From assembly GCA_004764695.1 (NCBI GenBank), contig SMSO01000037.1, forward strand, positions 286,747 through 350,746: a stretch of DNA of 64,000 bases, in the 5' to 3' direction. Within the stretch, counting starts at the first letter, position 1. The number at the start of each line of letters is the position of its first letter. Below, piece after piece: positions 12,211 to 24,968 of the stretch. The notes below the pieces were generated by a model. It saw only the letters and a program-made list of their open reading frames with translations, ran no database searches and was not told the origin of the DNA. Source of the stretch: Schizochytrium sp. TIO01. Lineage: Eukaryota; Protista; Bigyra: Labyrinthulomycetes. Both the position numbers and the translations under genes were made by a program.

Positions 12211-13659
12211 CTACTTTGCTGCAGCAGGCGATGCGGAAGCCGAGAGAATAAAAGCATAGAGCGGCTGTGTAGGCTCAGCCACAAGCGCTGGAGTTTGAAA
12301 ACCAGCCTCTTGAAGAAGCTCTTGCCACCGCGACAAAATGAGGTTTCCCCCTGCCTCTTCATCATCACGAGTATCTTCCCCCGCTTTTGACTGATTACTA
12401 GTGGAGGTAGACTTCATGGTGGACATGTCAAGGCCAAGTTTGTGCGCAGCCCATACAATGACAGGGTCGTCCTCTTTGCCCTTATACTGATCACTTGATG
12501 TGCGACATCTCAAGACAACCTCTGCGGCATCAATTGTACGGCAAATAGCCAGATCAGATCCTGTGGGTTGCAGGGGTTCAGGCGCACAAAGGTCCACAAC
12601 AATGAGCTGATCAGCAAATGCGATGCAGTCAGTGAGATCGGCCTTCACTGCAGCTTCCTCATGAGAGAACAAGCCACCGCCAACCTGAGCTGCGGCAACA
12701 AGGGTGATGTCATAGGTGTCCCTAAGCCGAGAAGTTTTGATAAAGTCTCTAAGGGCTGAAGACTCAAGAAACAGTGGTTTACGTAACGATCCGGCCTGTG
12801 GTCCTGTAGCCTGGAGTTTAACTACGCGTTCAACCAAGGCCTGCATGTCTTCATCACGAGCTTCAATCATGAGAAGGGCATCTGAAGCCTGAATTACCTC
12901 CGCGGTCAAAAGGACCTCCAGAGCTGCAGATCCCCAAATTGCAAGTAGTTGCGGCCTTGGTGATCTCGCACCAGATTTAGATGTAGATCTTGGTCTTGTC
13001 AAGCTCGTATTCGCTACAGAGCTAGAGGTCGAGGATGCCGAGGATGCCATCGCTTTCGGTACCAATTTGGAAAACGCAGTTGATGCTTCACGCTGGCGTG
13101 CTATCGCATCTAGAATTCCGAAATGCAATTTCTCTACAACTCCTCGAAATCGAAGCGATGCTCTTACAACCTCTGCATAGCGGTTCTGTCTACGAACAGC
13201 GCTTACACTCATCGCAGAAGGTGTCAGCATTTTCCCATCCTCCTGAGCTCCGTTCTCGCTTGCGAGACGTTTCCATAGTTCGGGAGCCACATCAGGAAGA
13301 TTCGCAAATTTACGTAAAACACGGCTGCTCGGATCTAAAGCGCGTGCCTGACCAAATGCTTCTAGGGCTTGCTTTGCAACAACCTCCTTTTGGCCGGCCT
13401 TGGCGCTGTTCAGGGCTCTCACAGCTTGCACGAATCTGGCGAGACCACAAATTTCGAGATTGTTATTGTCCTTCGAATCCTCTCCAAGGTCCTTAAGGTT
13501 GTGAAGCACGTCAATGAGGGAAGTCGCGCTCCTGCCTCTAACCTGAAAGCTGGTGTTATCTAGTTGCTTCCTAAACGACAGCACTCGGCAGGAGACGGCT
13601 TCGCGATCGCGGCGGCCGCCTGTTCCTTGGCGCGAGTCGGCGGCTTCTCTTGAGGCCAT
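12211..13659 (-). CDS. Hypothetical protein (482 aa); C-terminus resembles a degenerate class I methyltransferase fold
   Basis: Long ATG-initiated ORF. LIVVDL and WQELLQEAGF resemble O-methyltransferase C-terminal motifs, but no clear GxGxG SAM-binding motif is seen. Confidence 0.6.
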   Translation of the reverse strand: MASREAADSRQGTGGRRDREAVSCRVLSFRKQLDNTSFQVRGRSATSLIDVLHNLKDLGEDSKDNNNLEICGLARFVQAVRALNSAKAGQKEVVAKQALEAFGQARALDPSSRVLRKFANLPDVAPELWKRLASENGAQEDGKMLTPSAMSVSAVRRQNRYAEVVRASLRFRGVVEKLHFGILDAIARQREASTAFSKLVPKAMASSASSTSSSVANTSLTRPRSTSKSGARSPRPQLLAIWGSAALEVLLTAEVIQASDALLMIEARDEDMQALVERVVKLQATGPQAGSLRKPLFLESSALRDFIKTSRLRDTYDITLVAAAQVGGGLFSHEEAAVKADLTDCIAFADQLIVVDLCAPEPLQPTGSDLAICRTIDAAEVVLRCRTSSDQYKGKEDDPVIVWAAHKLGLDMSTMKSTSTSNQSKAGEDTRDDEEAGGNLILSRWQELLQEAGFQTPALVAEPTQPLYAFILSASASPAAAK

Positions 13660-14150
13660 TTCAACGTCTCCGGGGTTCCTAGGGTTTGGTTCCCGAGCTC
13701 ACACAGTTTATACCGAAAGCCTCTCGACAAATAACCAGGTCCAACTAAGCTCAAGCTGCCCGTGACCGCGCACGATTCTGCTTTGTGGCGCAAGGACTGC
13801 TTCGTTGAGCTTTTGGTTTGTAACCCATCTTCCGCCCGCCACAACCAATTTGTCTCTTTCCTTCTTTCCTCCCTTTCCCTGTCTGGTAATTGGAGAAACT
13901 TATAAAAATCTAAACCTTTACCTCTATTACAAGACTTCCGTAACCCGGCTCAGCCAACTTTCTATCGACTGATCAAAGACTGTTCTCGGAACAGAGCGAA
14001 CTCGTGCTAATCGACCCCAAATCGTGAAACCTCCCCATCACCCCATGCAGCAAATCAATGCTCAAGCCGTCGAAACCAAGATACTGGACTCAGGCGAACG
14101 AACATTCAACGCTCAAGCTGAAGCGCATTTAGAACGGCGTCGCTCGAGTC

Positions 14151-14400
14151 TTTGTTTATTTGTTTATTTGTTTGTTTGTTTGTTTGTTTGTTTGTTTGTT
14201 TGTTTGTTTGTTTGTTTGTTTGTTTGTTTGTTTGTTTGTTTGTTTGTTTGTTTGTTTGTTTGTTTGTTTGTTTGTTTGTTTGTTTGTTTGTTTGTTTGTT
14301 TGTTTGTTTGTTTGTTTGTTTGTTTGTTTGTTTGTTTGTTTGTTTGTTTGTTTGTTTGTTTGTTTGTTTGTTTGTTTGTTTGTTTGTTTGTTTGTTTGTT
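14151..14400. repeat. (TTTG)n microsatellite, ~250 bp
   Basis: Directly visible; generates spurious FVCL-repeat ORFs. Confidence 0.97.
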
Positions 14401-15138
14401 ATTTATCTCAGTTTCTTCTCATGAAATGCGTAGTGCATACCTACGTAGAAGTGGCTATACCTTTCTACCAATCAGCGCAATTATAATTGACTACAAAGTA
14501 GAGTGAAAGAAGACTAAAATGTGGTAGTTAAGAGGTATTGGGAGCAATATGGGTGGTAGTACGAATCAAATGTTGACGCCGAGATTCGCGATCGTGATGC
14601 AGTACTTCAAGGCTCTTGCTAGTTTGCGTGCGTTGCAAGCAAGCTGAGCTACAGCCTCGGCGTGTGTGTGTATATCACCGGCCTGATCGCTTCAGCATGT
14701 GCAGCTTTAGACAGCAGCAGCGATCTTCATCCCAGAACTTTGAAACCCGATTGCGGCAAGAGACAATGAATTCCTTCGTCATGTCATGGAGGTAGATTCA
14801 ATTTCGATTTCTATAGGATGATGATGTAAATGATCAATCTAAAATATCGAAATGAACGAAGCAGTGCCCTGTGGTACTAGGCACTGCGTATCGTGATTTT
14901 GCACGCTTTCTGCTGGCCAATGCGCTTTATCGCAATTTGCATTAACGTAGAGTGAAGGAAAGCTAAAAGTTGCACGACGACACAGACAAGGTCATCAAAA
15001 ACCTTGACGGATGATTTCTTTGTTTTCCGTATACAAACAAAAATGCTCACTACTATCTATTGATTAATAAGGTATAAACTATAAATATAAGAAAGGAATG
15101 ACTGACTGGTATGAATTGAAAGAATAAAAGAAAGAAAA

Positions 15139-15203
15139 AATGAATGAATGAATGAATGAATGAATGAATGAATGAATGAATGAATGAATGAATGAATGAA
15201 TGA
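15139..15203. repeat. (GAAT)n microsatellite
   Basis: Directly visible, just upstream of the nucleotidyltransferase gene. Confidence 0.95.
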
Positions 15204-15231
15204 GCGGCATCTCCGAAACTCGCCCTGCAGG

Positions 15232-18200
15232 ATGCACCGCGGGGACGCCAGCGCTCGCGCACAGGAGATCCGTCAACGTCGTAAGGCCGAGGCTCCTTTC
15301 TACGTTGCTCTCCATCGATGGGTTCTCTCAGCGAAGCACCAGCATGCCTGCGCTAAACATGAGCATGAGCTGCTGCGCGTCCAAGCCCTACTCATGCAAG
15401 GCAAGATCTCCAAGGCGGAGATGCAGGCTCGTGTTCGAGCCCTTGTTGCCTCTAATTCTGCCTCAAACTCCACCTCGAACTCTGCCCGGGCCCACCGCGA
15501 CCGTCCTGGCCGACGTCTACTATCCACAGAAGACTCGAGGAGCGACGATGACGACTCTGAAAGCGACTTAGAGAGCGACTCGGAAGACGTCAACGTGGCC
15601 ACATCTGGGCTTAGAGGATTACGCGGGAGCGCTGCTAAACTTGCAGCGACGAGTATGCGTGCTGTGAAGGACGGTGTGGATGATGTGGTGGGCGTGGGAG
15701 TACAGGCAGCCTTCATTGAGGGCGGCCTCTGGCATCACTGTGTATCACGCGACGGTGAGTGGGAAGCGTTCGCTGGCGTGCGAGGAGCTCGCGCAGAAAT
15801 GCTTCTTCGCAAACAGTTCTTAGGAGGTTCTGGTGGTTCTAAAGCTGCCAAGGGTGTCAGGGCGACATACAGGTACAGACTTTCGTGCAGGAGTGTTGAA
15901 GCAATGCATAGGTGCCTTTTTGGCCTGCTTCGGAGATTTGTCAAGGATGCCGGAGGAACGGCGCAGCTGGCACCAGTGCAGGGAAGTCAAGAGCTGAGTC
16001 TAGTGGCGCTTACGTATGCGCCGGCTGAACCAAGTGTTCAGGCAAGATGGGATAGTGTATTAAAGGAGGTGACCCAGACGAGGAGTGCTGATTATGACAG
16101 ACTATTGGAGGCTGTGAAAAGACTACAGTCAAGACTTAGAAGGGGTAGGGACCCAGAACCGTGGATGGATCAGATGTCCAAGGAACTTCTCGAGGAGGGG
16201 CGCAAAGAAAACCGCAAATCTGCAAAGAAGAAATCTAAGAAGAAGAAGAAACGCCAGAGTAATGCCAATAGCGATGCGAGTACAAATGGCAAGCCTAATT
16301 TAGGCCAACAAACTGATGCAGCTTGTGCTGACCATAAGACTTCAAATGAGGAAGAACATACGAGGCCGGGAAGAGCAGGAGCAACTCCGTGTGGAAGATG
16401 AGGAGGATCGGGATCAGGACCTTTCTCGCGAGGGAAAAACAAGCGACCGTGGCCTTTCCGCAACTCTCCCAGTGCTTCCCGAAGCGACAGAATCGACGGA
16501 ATCCGATCAGCAAAAAGCTTTGCCGCAGAAAAAGATTGTCTCCGCGGACCACGAGAATTGGGATCAGACTACTACTAACACAGATAAGAGCAATATGAAT
16601 GGCACGGCGAACTCCATAGGTGTAAGCACAAGCCAAATAAGCAACACGCAATTGCCACCGCTTTCTGATGAGGCCCTGCCAGGTGTTTATAACCAGGAAA
16701 CCCAAGAATCCTCCATGTTTGTCGCTGAGGCGCGACGGAAAGGGCCTTCTGCAGCAAGTCTTGCTCACCTCGGTCGTGAGATTAGCCAGCTTGTTCATCA
16801 ACTTGAACAAACTATGGCGCGGAAAGCAAAATGGCGCACAGAGCTGCAATGGCACATTCAAAACGTTATCCAGGGCATCTTTCCCTGCGCCCAAGTTCAA
16901 CTTTTTGGTTCCCACGCATGCGGACTTGCACTACCTTCGAGTGATCTTGACTTATTTTACGTACATCGTCAAGGCTACTGTTTTGCATCACCTTCGTACA
17001 GTAATCACATGGCTGAATATAATACAGGGGCATGTGCGATGCTTCGCATGGCTGTGGCAGATCAACTGGAATTGCTGAAAAATGCATTTGTAACCCAACG
17101 ATGGGTTCGCCGCGCACGGATCATCAAGTCTTCGCAGATGTTTATTGTCCGCTTATCTACATGTCTCCTCGCTCTAGACGGGGAGGCGGAGGACACGCAT
17201 AATACAAGCGCGCAGCATCTGTGCCCAATGTGCTGTGAGGTCGATGTAAGTAGTGCTCACCTGAATGGCCATTCTTTCTCTCTTTCATCAGATCTTCTTG
17301 AAATAGAAAAGAAACGCCATCCAAGCTTACTACCGCTGACGCTTGTACTCAAGCAACTTCTTCACGAGCGTAACCTTCTCGACCCTTACAGTGGAGGTTT
17401 GAGTTCAATATCTCTCTCATTACTGGTTTTGCGCTATTTACAATTCAGAAAGGATATGGGGAGCGCCTCTCGGGTAATGAAACCTCGTTTCTCCAAACGA
17501 CCGGGTACGGGTGTTGTTTTAGCCCCACCGCATGCAGATCAGTTTGCATACTCAAGGCAACTCGCTGATTGGCCAGACTCTCGTGCTCCTCCTCCGGCCT
17601 ACGTGCAACATCAAGCCTTTGGGCTCGCAACAGCTCCGGAACCTGTAGCCCAATCGCCTAGCGCAACTATGATGGCAACAAGTACGACAGCGGCATCAAA
17701 TAACCAGGGCTCAGCTACGACGGCAGCAAGAAACGGCCCTGGGTCACTTTACTACCCGGGAGGTTCTACCCCGCATGCAGATCCGGAGGCATATCATCGT
17801 CAACTCGCAGATTGGCCTACATCAGAAGCAGCACACCACTTTGAATGGATGCGTGTCATGAGAAAGACCCGCGAACTTGATCAGGCCTCACAGTCCTCTG
17901 TACAAGGTAGCTTGGGTCAAGCAGGTGCGCATGCATCTGCTGCTACTGCCTCGTCCTCATCTCCACTTTCTCCATCTGGCGAGTCCGAGGATGACGCAGA
18001 GGGGGGCGAGCTTGACGAGAGAGTTTTGGGGGAGCAGCTGCTGAGCCTGCTCGAGTTTTATGGCTACCACTTCAAGCCAGACCGAGTCGGTATTACGGTG
18101 ATTGGTCGTGGTGCATTCTATAGTTTGTCTGCTCGTCCTGAACTTAATCGTGCGGTGCCTCAACCGATTATTGTGGATAACCCGTTATGGCCGAATCTGA

Positions 18201-18388
18201 ATGTAGCCAAAGCCACCTATCGCATCAACGAGGTGCTTACTGCATTCCGCAACCTACATGCTATTCTTTTTGAAGAATTAAGCATTGTAGCTGATAAACT
18301 TGACAATTCTCAATATGAACTCCCACAAAATGATAAACCTGTTGTTCTGCGCAAGGTTCTACGCTCAAAGTGGCAGACCCTTCTTTGA
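15232..18388 (+). CDS. Non-canonical poly(A)/terminal nucleotidyltransferase (Trf4/Cid14/TENT4-like), ~1,050 aa after correcting one +1 frameshift (~16370)
   Basis: Pol-beta NTase signature QLFGSHACGLALPSSDLDL, third acidic residue in EVDVS, LKQLL..RNL.DPYSGGLSS, and a PAP-associated segment LLEFYG..F...IIVDNPLWPNLNVA. Overlapping ORFs 15196..16401 and 16316..18388 are offset by +1. The start is uncertain (CTGCAG|G just before the ATG could be a splice acceptor). Confidence 0.82.
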
Positions 18389-19639
18389 ACCTGCTAGATA
18401 AAAAGCGTTCACTAGTAGTACGAGTTGTTTTTGGTGATTGGGAGGCTGAGTAGCCTGTGCTAAATGTTGTTTGTTGCTATTCTCTCCTCGGAGGGAAAAA
18501 GCTGCAAGTTGTTTTCTATATTGCAACAACGCAAAACGATGAGGGCCTCTGATCGTTCGCTTTAAGAGGATAGAAAACACGTCTACCCGCTTCTTTTATT
18601 ATGTGTGCCCACTGCTCAAGTCTCACCTTCGGCTTGTGCTGAATTTGTGAAAGTCAGAAGACTGAAAATACCTCATTCATGTTCTTTCGCTTCTTTTTCA
18701 TTTTCATGCGCATGCTTTTCTGTAAAATGTTACTTATCTTGAAAAGGAAGGGACTAAACGAAGTCTAAAATGAAATAAAAGAGACGCCCGCGTCACAACT
18801 AAAGCAGATCACTTTGCTTCTTTTTGACGTTGCGCGGTTTCCTCAAGTCCTGTTATGTACTCTTGACGTTTACACGAGGTGATGTGCGACTTTTTCAATT
18901 TGTTTACGTGGAAAAGGTTTTTCATTCCATCTTCCCCCTGTTCTTTTTTAGAGAAAAATATTAAAATATAGATTCGTTTTCGACTTCTCCAAGATACTTC
19001 TCATGTGTATAACACTGCGCACCTCATGTAATCATAGATTCATATAGACTTCAAAAATGAATTTATATCTAGCTGGCCAGCCAAAGCTAGCCTACAAAAA
19101 TTGTTCTCATTGTACCTGTAATATTATTGTGTATGTATGTTTGAATGGTTTCGAAAAGAGAATCCTTTTCTAAGTACCATAATAAATGTTATCGGAGCAA
19201 TTCATCTGACATTCTGACGAGACAATTATGTCAAATGTACAAATGAGCTTGCACGAATTTTAAAGATGTTACCACGAGTGTGTCGGGGAAAATGGCATTT
19301 GATTAACAGCAAAAGCAATCTTGGGTACTCCTCCATTTACTTACCATAGAAGGGGGAATATGGAGCGGTATGTCTTTAGTCGTAAGAAAGAAGTAAGAAA
19401 AAATCAAGCTCATGTAGGCAGTCTTGGAGCATACAGATCGTCAAGACCTCAAATACAAACGCCTGCCTGCCTACCGGCCTGCATGAATATGTAATGGGAT
19501 GTGAGTTCACGCATCGGTGTGCATTTGAGTGCAGAGATACAGCTACATACTATTTTTATATCCAGCGCATCGGAGAGAGGTAGAGAGAGTTCTCAATGTG
19601 TGACATATGTTTGTATGAGCAATTTTCTAGCTTTAGAAC

Positions 19640-20539
19640 TCACGCTTCATTTTCCGGATCTTCTGGGGATACAGATTCCTCAAGCCAGGTCAATGACGGA
19701 GACGCCAGCGAAGGTTGCAAAGCGCTTGCAAGGCTAGATATGCGAGAGAAAAGTACCTCTACACGATGAGGCAAGGTCACAGGATCCATGTATTCCTCAT
19801 ATGAGTTTGCTGCAAGATACAGTGATCGCTCAACTCGAGGGAGCATTGCATGGAATTCTTGAAGCCAGGCTCGCGCGGCTGTTGGTCGTCTAAAAAGGAG
19901 GTGGTATCCAACCCTGCGTATAGACTCTAACCTTTCTTGGAGATGGCCCAGGCGCAGTTGCCAGCGCCGATCCTTATCTCCAAGGTGCATCCTAGGGTCC
20001 GCTGGGAGAACCTCAAATGGCATACTTTTTATGCTCCGCAAGACAGGGCGGATTGCTACCATTCGAAGATTCACGTAGAATGGACTCATTACATCTGCGT
20101 AGATTAGAAGCTGTCGATCCAGGGAGACAGCAACCTCCATAAAATCTGGATCGAATCGGTGTGCTAATACAAGTCTTAGCCTTGATGGCTGTTCTTTTCG
20201 TAATAATTCTTCCCTCAACTTCAGCTGGTAGGCGAGTTTAATAATGTATAACACGATATCTTTGCTCAACTTGGATTGTTGCTTTCTGAATGATTGTGAA
20301 CGCCGCCGTGACGGAAATGGAACATACATCACTGCAGACTGTCCGTACTGTACGGAGCCTTGATAGCCTGGTGCAATTGCCCCTGGGTTTTGCAAAATTG
20401 TGGAGGATGCCGGTGGTAGTGAGACTACTTCGCGGTCATCTTGACGAACTTCGCCTTCTACTTCTGCTTCTACTTCTCCAAAACTAGACCTGCTGCCATC
20501 ATCTTCAGAAGTTGTTTCTTTCTTTCTGTTGGACTTCAT
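19640..20539 (-). CDS. KIX-domain (Med15/CBP KIX_2-like) protein (>=299 aa)
   Basis: C-terminal WQ.......ER...I............WLQEF..M..RVERSLYLAANSYEEYMDPVTL.HRV matches the KIX consensus. The true N-terminus may extend upstream. Confidence 0.72.
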   Translation of the reverse strand: MKSNRKKETTSEDDGSRSSFGEVEAEVEGEVRQDDREVVSLPPASSTILQNPGAIAPGYQGSVQYGQSAVMYVPFPSRRRSQSFRKQQSKLSKDIVLYIIKLAYQLKLREELLRKEQPSRLRLVLAHRFDPDFMEVAVSLDRQLLIYADVMSPFYVNLRMVAIRPVLRSIKSMPFEVLPADPRMHLGDKDRRWQLRLGHLQERLESIRRVGYHLLFRRPTAARAWLQEFHAMLPRVERSLYLAANSYEEYMDPVTLPHRVEVLFSRISSLASALQPSLASPSLTWLEESVSPEDPENEA

Positions 20540-23167
20540 CGGATATCCTTTCCAGTATCACCACGTGCATTTCACAGTCCCTCGTCTGCTGCCTGCCGTC
20601 CTCAGCCACCTTGAACCCTTACGCGTTCAAGGTGTCGATTTTATCCAGCCGATCAATTATTGAATTGATCGACAGGGCAGTTAAGTCTCCACGGAGCTTG
20701 CTAGCGCAGGCCAGCTAGCAAGCTCCGTACGTATTTTCTACAAAAACGTAAAAAACGGTGCTTCCGATGCGCGGAGTCGATCTCCACGAATGCTTCGTGA
20801 ATGACCTTTTCCGATTTTCTCGAGTTTTCTTTCCTGCTTTGATTCCCTTGTCAATTGAGAAACAATCAAAAAGAACTAAATCTAACTCCAACTGACCATA
20901 TACTTACCCTCCGCACTCTCAAGAAACCTTTCGGCAGCGTTCAGATCGATTTCTTCGCTGTCGGCTTTGAATGGCGTCTCCTTCGTCCTTCAATATCCCT
21001 CCTCTCCCTTGTATGCGCTGTCCTTTAGAACCACACGTGCGGGTACCCAGCAACAGCTTTGCGCCTGACCAAAGCTGTTGCAGATCCCTCAGCTCTTTGC
21101 GCTGGCGCCCGTGCGGATGGCTTCGTCTCAGTCACACAAGCTCCCGCGTCTCTATCCTGTGTGCTCTCAACTTGCCAATCAAATTCACCCTGACTCACCG
21201 TTGTTAACCACGTCGGCGTCGCTGATGACGTGCGTCTCCGTCGATTATTGAGTTTTGATTGAGGTCGATTGACACAATAATTAACTTTTGCCTTTTACCT
21301 TTTCTTTTTTAGTTTTCCCCTTTTTTTCAATTAATACCTTTTTTAGTATTTTGCTGGAAAAGAAATAAAGGAAAAGAAAAAAGAAAAAGAAAAAAGAGCA
21401 GTACTATTTTGTTTTGGCTGCTTGACCGCCAACTCGAATTAGATGAACGTAAAGTGCCACCGCCACCACTGCCGTCGCTGTCTGCAGCGGCAGCTCTTAC
21501 TCAGCCTTGACGGGTAGGCTTCTCGCAACGCCTTGTTGATAAGTTTGACCAACACTTGAAGAGCGGCAGTCCGCAGCTGCTCGAACTGCGGAAACAAAGT
21601 TCAAAGCCTGAGTCAGGTCGAGGGCGATGCAGAATACCGCTTCCCGAGCTGCGCAGGGAGCTAGCTAGCTCTGCGAGCGTTGTTTCCAAGGCTCGTGCTC
21701 TTAAGAAGCAGGCCTGCAAGGGCTGGTGAGCTTGACTGCGGCGGGGAGGCTCTGGTCCCCCGTTGGTGCAAGCCTTGCGTAACCTGCGCCGGGGCTGCTC
21801 TGGACGACTGCGAAGTTGGTCTTTGAAAGAGTGAGACCGATCGAAGAAATGTAAATGTCGAGAGGGCAAAAGCTTTGCAGCCTTTTGCGCCTTAAACTTG
21901 CAGCCGAGCTTTGCTATGCTCAGTTGTCGGGGTCCTGGCTTGCTCTTGGTATGCTGTTTGCTTGCGACCTTGTGCCCTTGGGCCTGCCTGCTTGCGCCCG
22001 TGCTTGCTTGCCTCTGCTTGCCTGTGCCTGCAAGTTCAATGGTTTGATGTCTATTGGTCTATTGTTCCTTTCCTTCTGTTAGTTAGTTTTTGCTTGAAGG
22101 TGTTGTGGCGGTGATTTTCTTGCTCATTCAACCCTGCGCTCTGTTTCCTTCCACGTTCTGTTCCTAGCAACCAACGATGAAGAGTTTTTGGCGAGTCATT
22201 CATCACGATTACAGCTTTGTCGCAGACGAGCCATCGATAGTTCTAGGACGATGATGTTTCTTTCCTTTTCCGATCAAGCTTCCTAGGCAAGTTGGCAGCG
22301 AGTTCCTTTCCTCTTTCCAGACACGTTCATCATCTTCCTTCTTACATTATTGTTTAATTCTAATTTTATACTTTTATTCTTTATAAATATATTTTTATAA
22401 TAAAAATTAAATTAAAATAAAAATTAAATAAAATACAGCAACAACAACAACAACAACAACAACAAATCATTTTATCCTATTTTATTCGGAAATGATCCGC
22501 ACGACTATCAATTATCACTCATCTTACAACTTAGAGAATCTCTTGCACCCCAAATATTATAATCTTATGCCGTCGCTTCAGTAAGCTTGAGTGCACCACT
22601 TTGACCTTCTTTAATCTCGTGGGAAAGTGCCGCCCTGCCTAGGTAGCTAGCTACCATATCGCATCAAAAGCTCATGGACATGTTTGCCCTCCTTCAGTTT
22701 CGATCGCCGCCGCAAAGAGCTTCGTTCGATTTATGAATTGCGGTTGGTTGCCGCCTCTGAAAGCAGCAGCCAACACCTTCGCCGCGAGCTCAACTTCCTG
22801 CTCCACCTCCCTCCCTCACGCTGGGAGTGAATGAATGATGTCTGTTACTTCCACAGCTTTTGCTCTGGAGCCTGTGAAAAGCGCAACTTTCTCCACTGTG
22901 CTCTCTAAAACATCTTCAGACAGCCCTCTATTCTCCACATCCTGGCTCGTGAACCGGGGACCCCGAAACGTCGCCGCAGTGGCAGCCACGAACTTGGAGA
23001 GACTAAGGAGTGGGCTCAAAACGCCGTTTAAAGCTCGAGCCTGCTCTTCAAGGCGCGGCTGTGTTGCCACAGGAGTGCTGGCCTGGTTTATGTGGAGATG
23101 AAGACTTTACACTGCGGCAGTAGAGTCACTTATTGGTTAGTTTCTTTTTTGCATTTTGTTCCTTTGA

Positions 23168-23201
<34 letters not shown>

Positions 23202-23747
23202 ATGCTGATGCTTATGCTAAAAAAAATAAAAATAAAAATAAAAAAATAAAAAATAAAATAATAATAAACAGAAATCTTCAATTCACCAAGGGCGGAAACC
23301 CATGGCAAACAATGGGGATGAAGTTACTCAGGTCTTCTGCTTCTTCTCTCGAAAGTATACTTTGTCCGGAAAGCTATGACAAAAGCAACGTAATTCTGTA
23401 AATAAGATAGCTTTTTGCAAGAAAATAGGTAAGCGCCCGTGCTCCCGGGGTGAGCAAAAGCGCCAAGAAATGTTAATTTGTACATTTTGGCAACATGAAA
23501 ATTATTTCACGCCGCTAGCAGGTCAGGAAGGTTGTCGTTGGCAAAGCCCCACGTCAGGCCTGTCATCCCGACATCAAAAGAGCATGTTGATCCATTTTCA
23601 TTTACAAATTTATATTTCAAGTCAGGTATTTAAAAACAAGAAATTGAAAAGAAAGTTAGAAGAAAAAAATTATTCATCAATCAAAATATTCTCCCTTTGA
23701 ACACAGTGTGTACCAGCACAAGTTATAATCTTTGCAACCGCTAACCC

Positions 23748-23791
23748 TAACAAACAAACAAACAAACAAACAAACAAACAAACAAACAAAC
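23748..23791. repeat. (AAAC)n microsatellite
   Basis: Directly visible. Confidence 0.9.
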
Positions 23792-24605
23792 CAAGAGAGG
23801 CCTTAAAAAATCATCTTTGACAAATCCAGGTAGGTACGAGCCTAGTTATAACTAAACTAAAAATAAAAGGAGAGGAAACTAGTCCCCTGCTTCTAAAAGT
23901 CAAATACTTTTCTTGTGCTTGAGTTGGCGGAGCACAGCTTTTATTTCTCATCGGTAAATAAAATCAATCCCTCATACAGTGTGCGTTGTTGACTTCGATT
24001 GACACGCCTAGTACTTTGTAGCGAGGTACCTACCTACCAACACATTGTGCAGACGAGACAAGAACACTGGCCTTATGATGGCACGCGAGCAAAAGCTCGT
24101 TGATGGCGCATGCGTCAATACCACGTTGGGTGGCAACAGTTGCAGGTAAGTAGGCTAGCGAGCAAACAAACAAAGCCTATGTTAGGTCAGGTCGACCTCC
24201 TGAAAGTTGTCTCACCGCTTTCTTCTGATATGAGTCTTCAGAAAAGGACAGAGAAGATCAGCGACAGCAGCATCGGCATCTTTGCTTGAACAAACTCTGC
24301 TTCACGCAAATACCGCGATCAACACAAGCAAGCACAAGCAGCAAGGGCTCTTTGAGGCGATAAATGCCAAGAATTTTTTAAGGGACCATGCCGCGCAAAG
24401 TAGCAGCATGAGCTGTTGTAAATTTTTTGATGTTTTGCGTGGTAACCTAATATCTTTGCATACACAGGGGCTTTGGCCTTATTTACTCTCAAAATTAATA
24501 CACGAACCGGACTCTGTGTTCAAGACGAATTGATATAGCAAGAGTCCGCTCGGGAAGGGTGGAGTCGAGGAGGGGGAAATCGCGGCTGGAGCACCACCAC
24601 TGAGG

Positions 24606-24968
<363 letters not shown>

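Noticed and set aside
14024-14506. ORFs encoding FVCL repeats
   Set aside because: Translation of the (TTTG)n microsatellite; open in all frames.
22680-23070. In-frame TGA as possible selenocysteine readthrough
   Set aside because: No redox-motif context, further stops nearby and no SECIS recognised.
23740-23751. CTAACCCTAAC telomere-like unit
   Set aside because: Fewer than two units, merging into an AAAC microsatellite.
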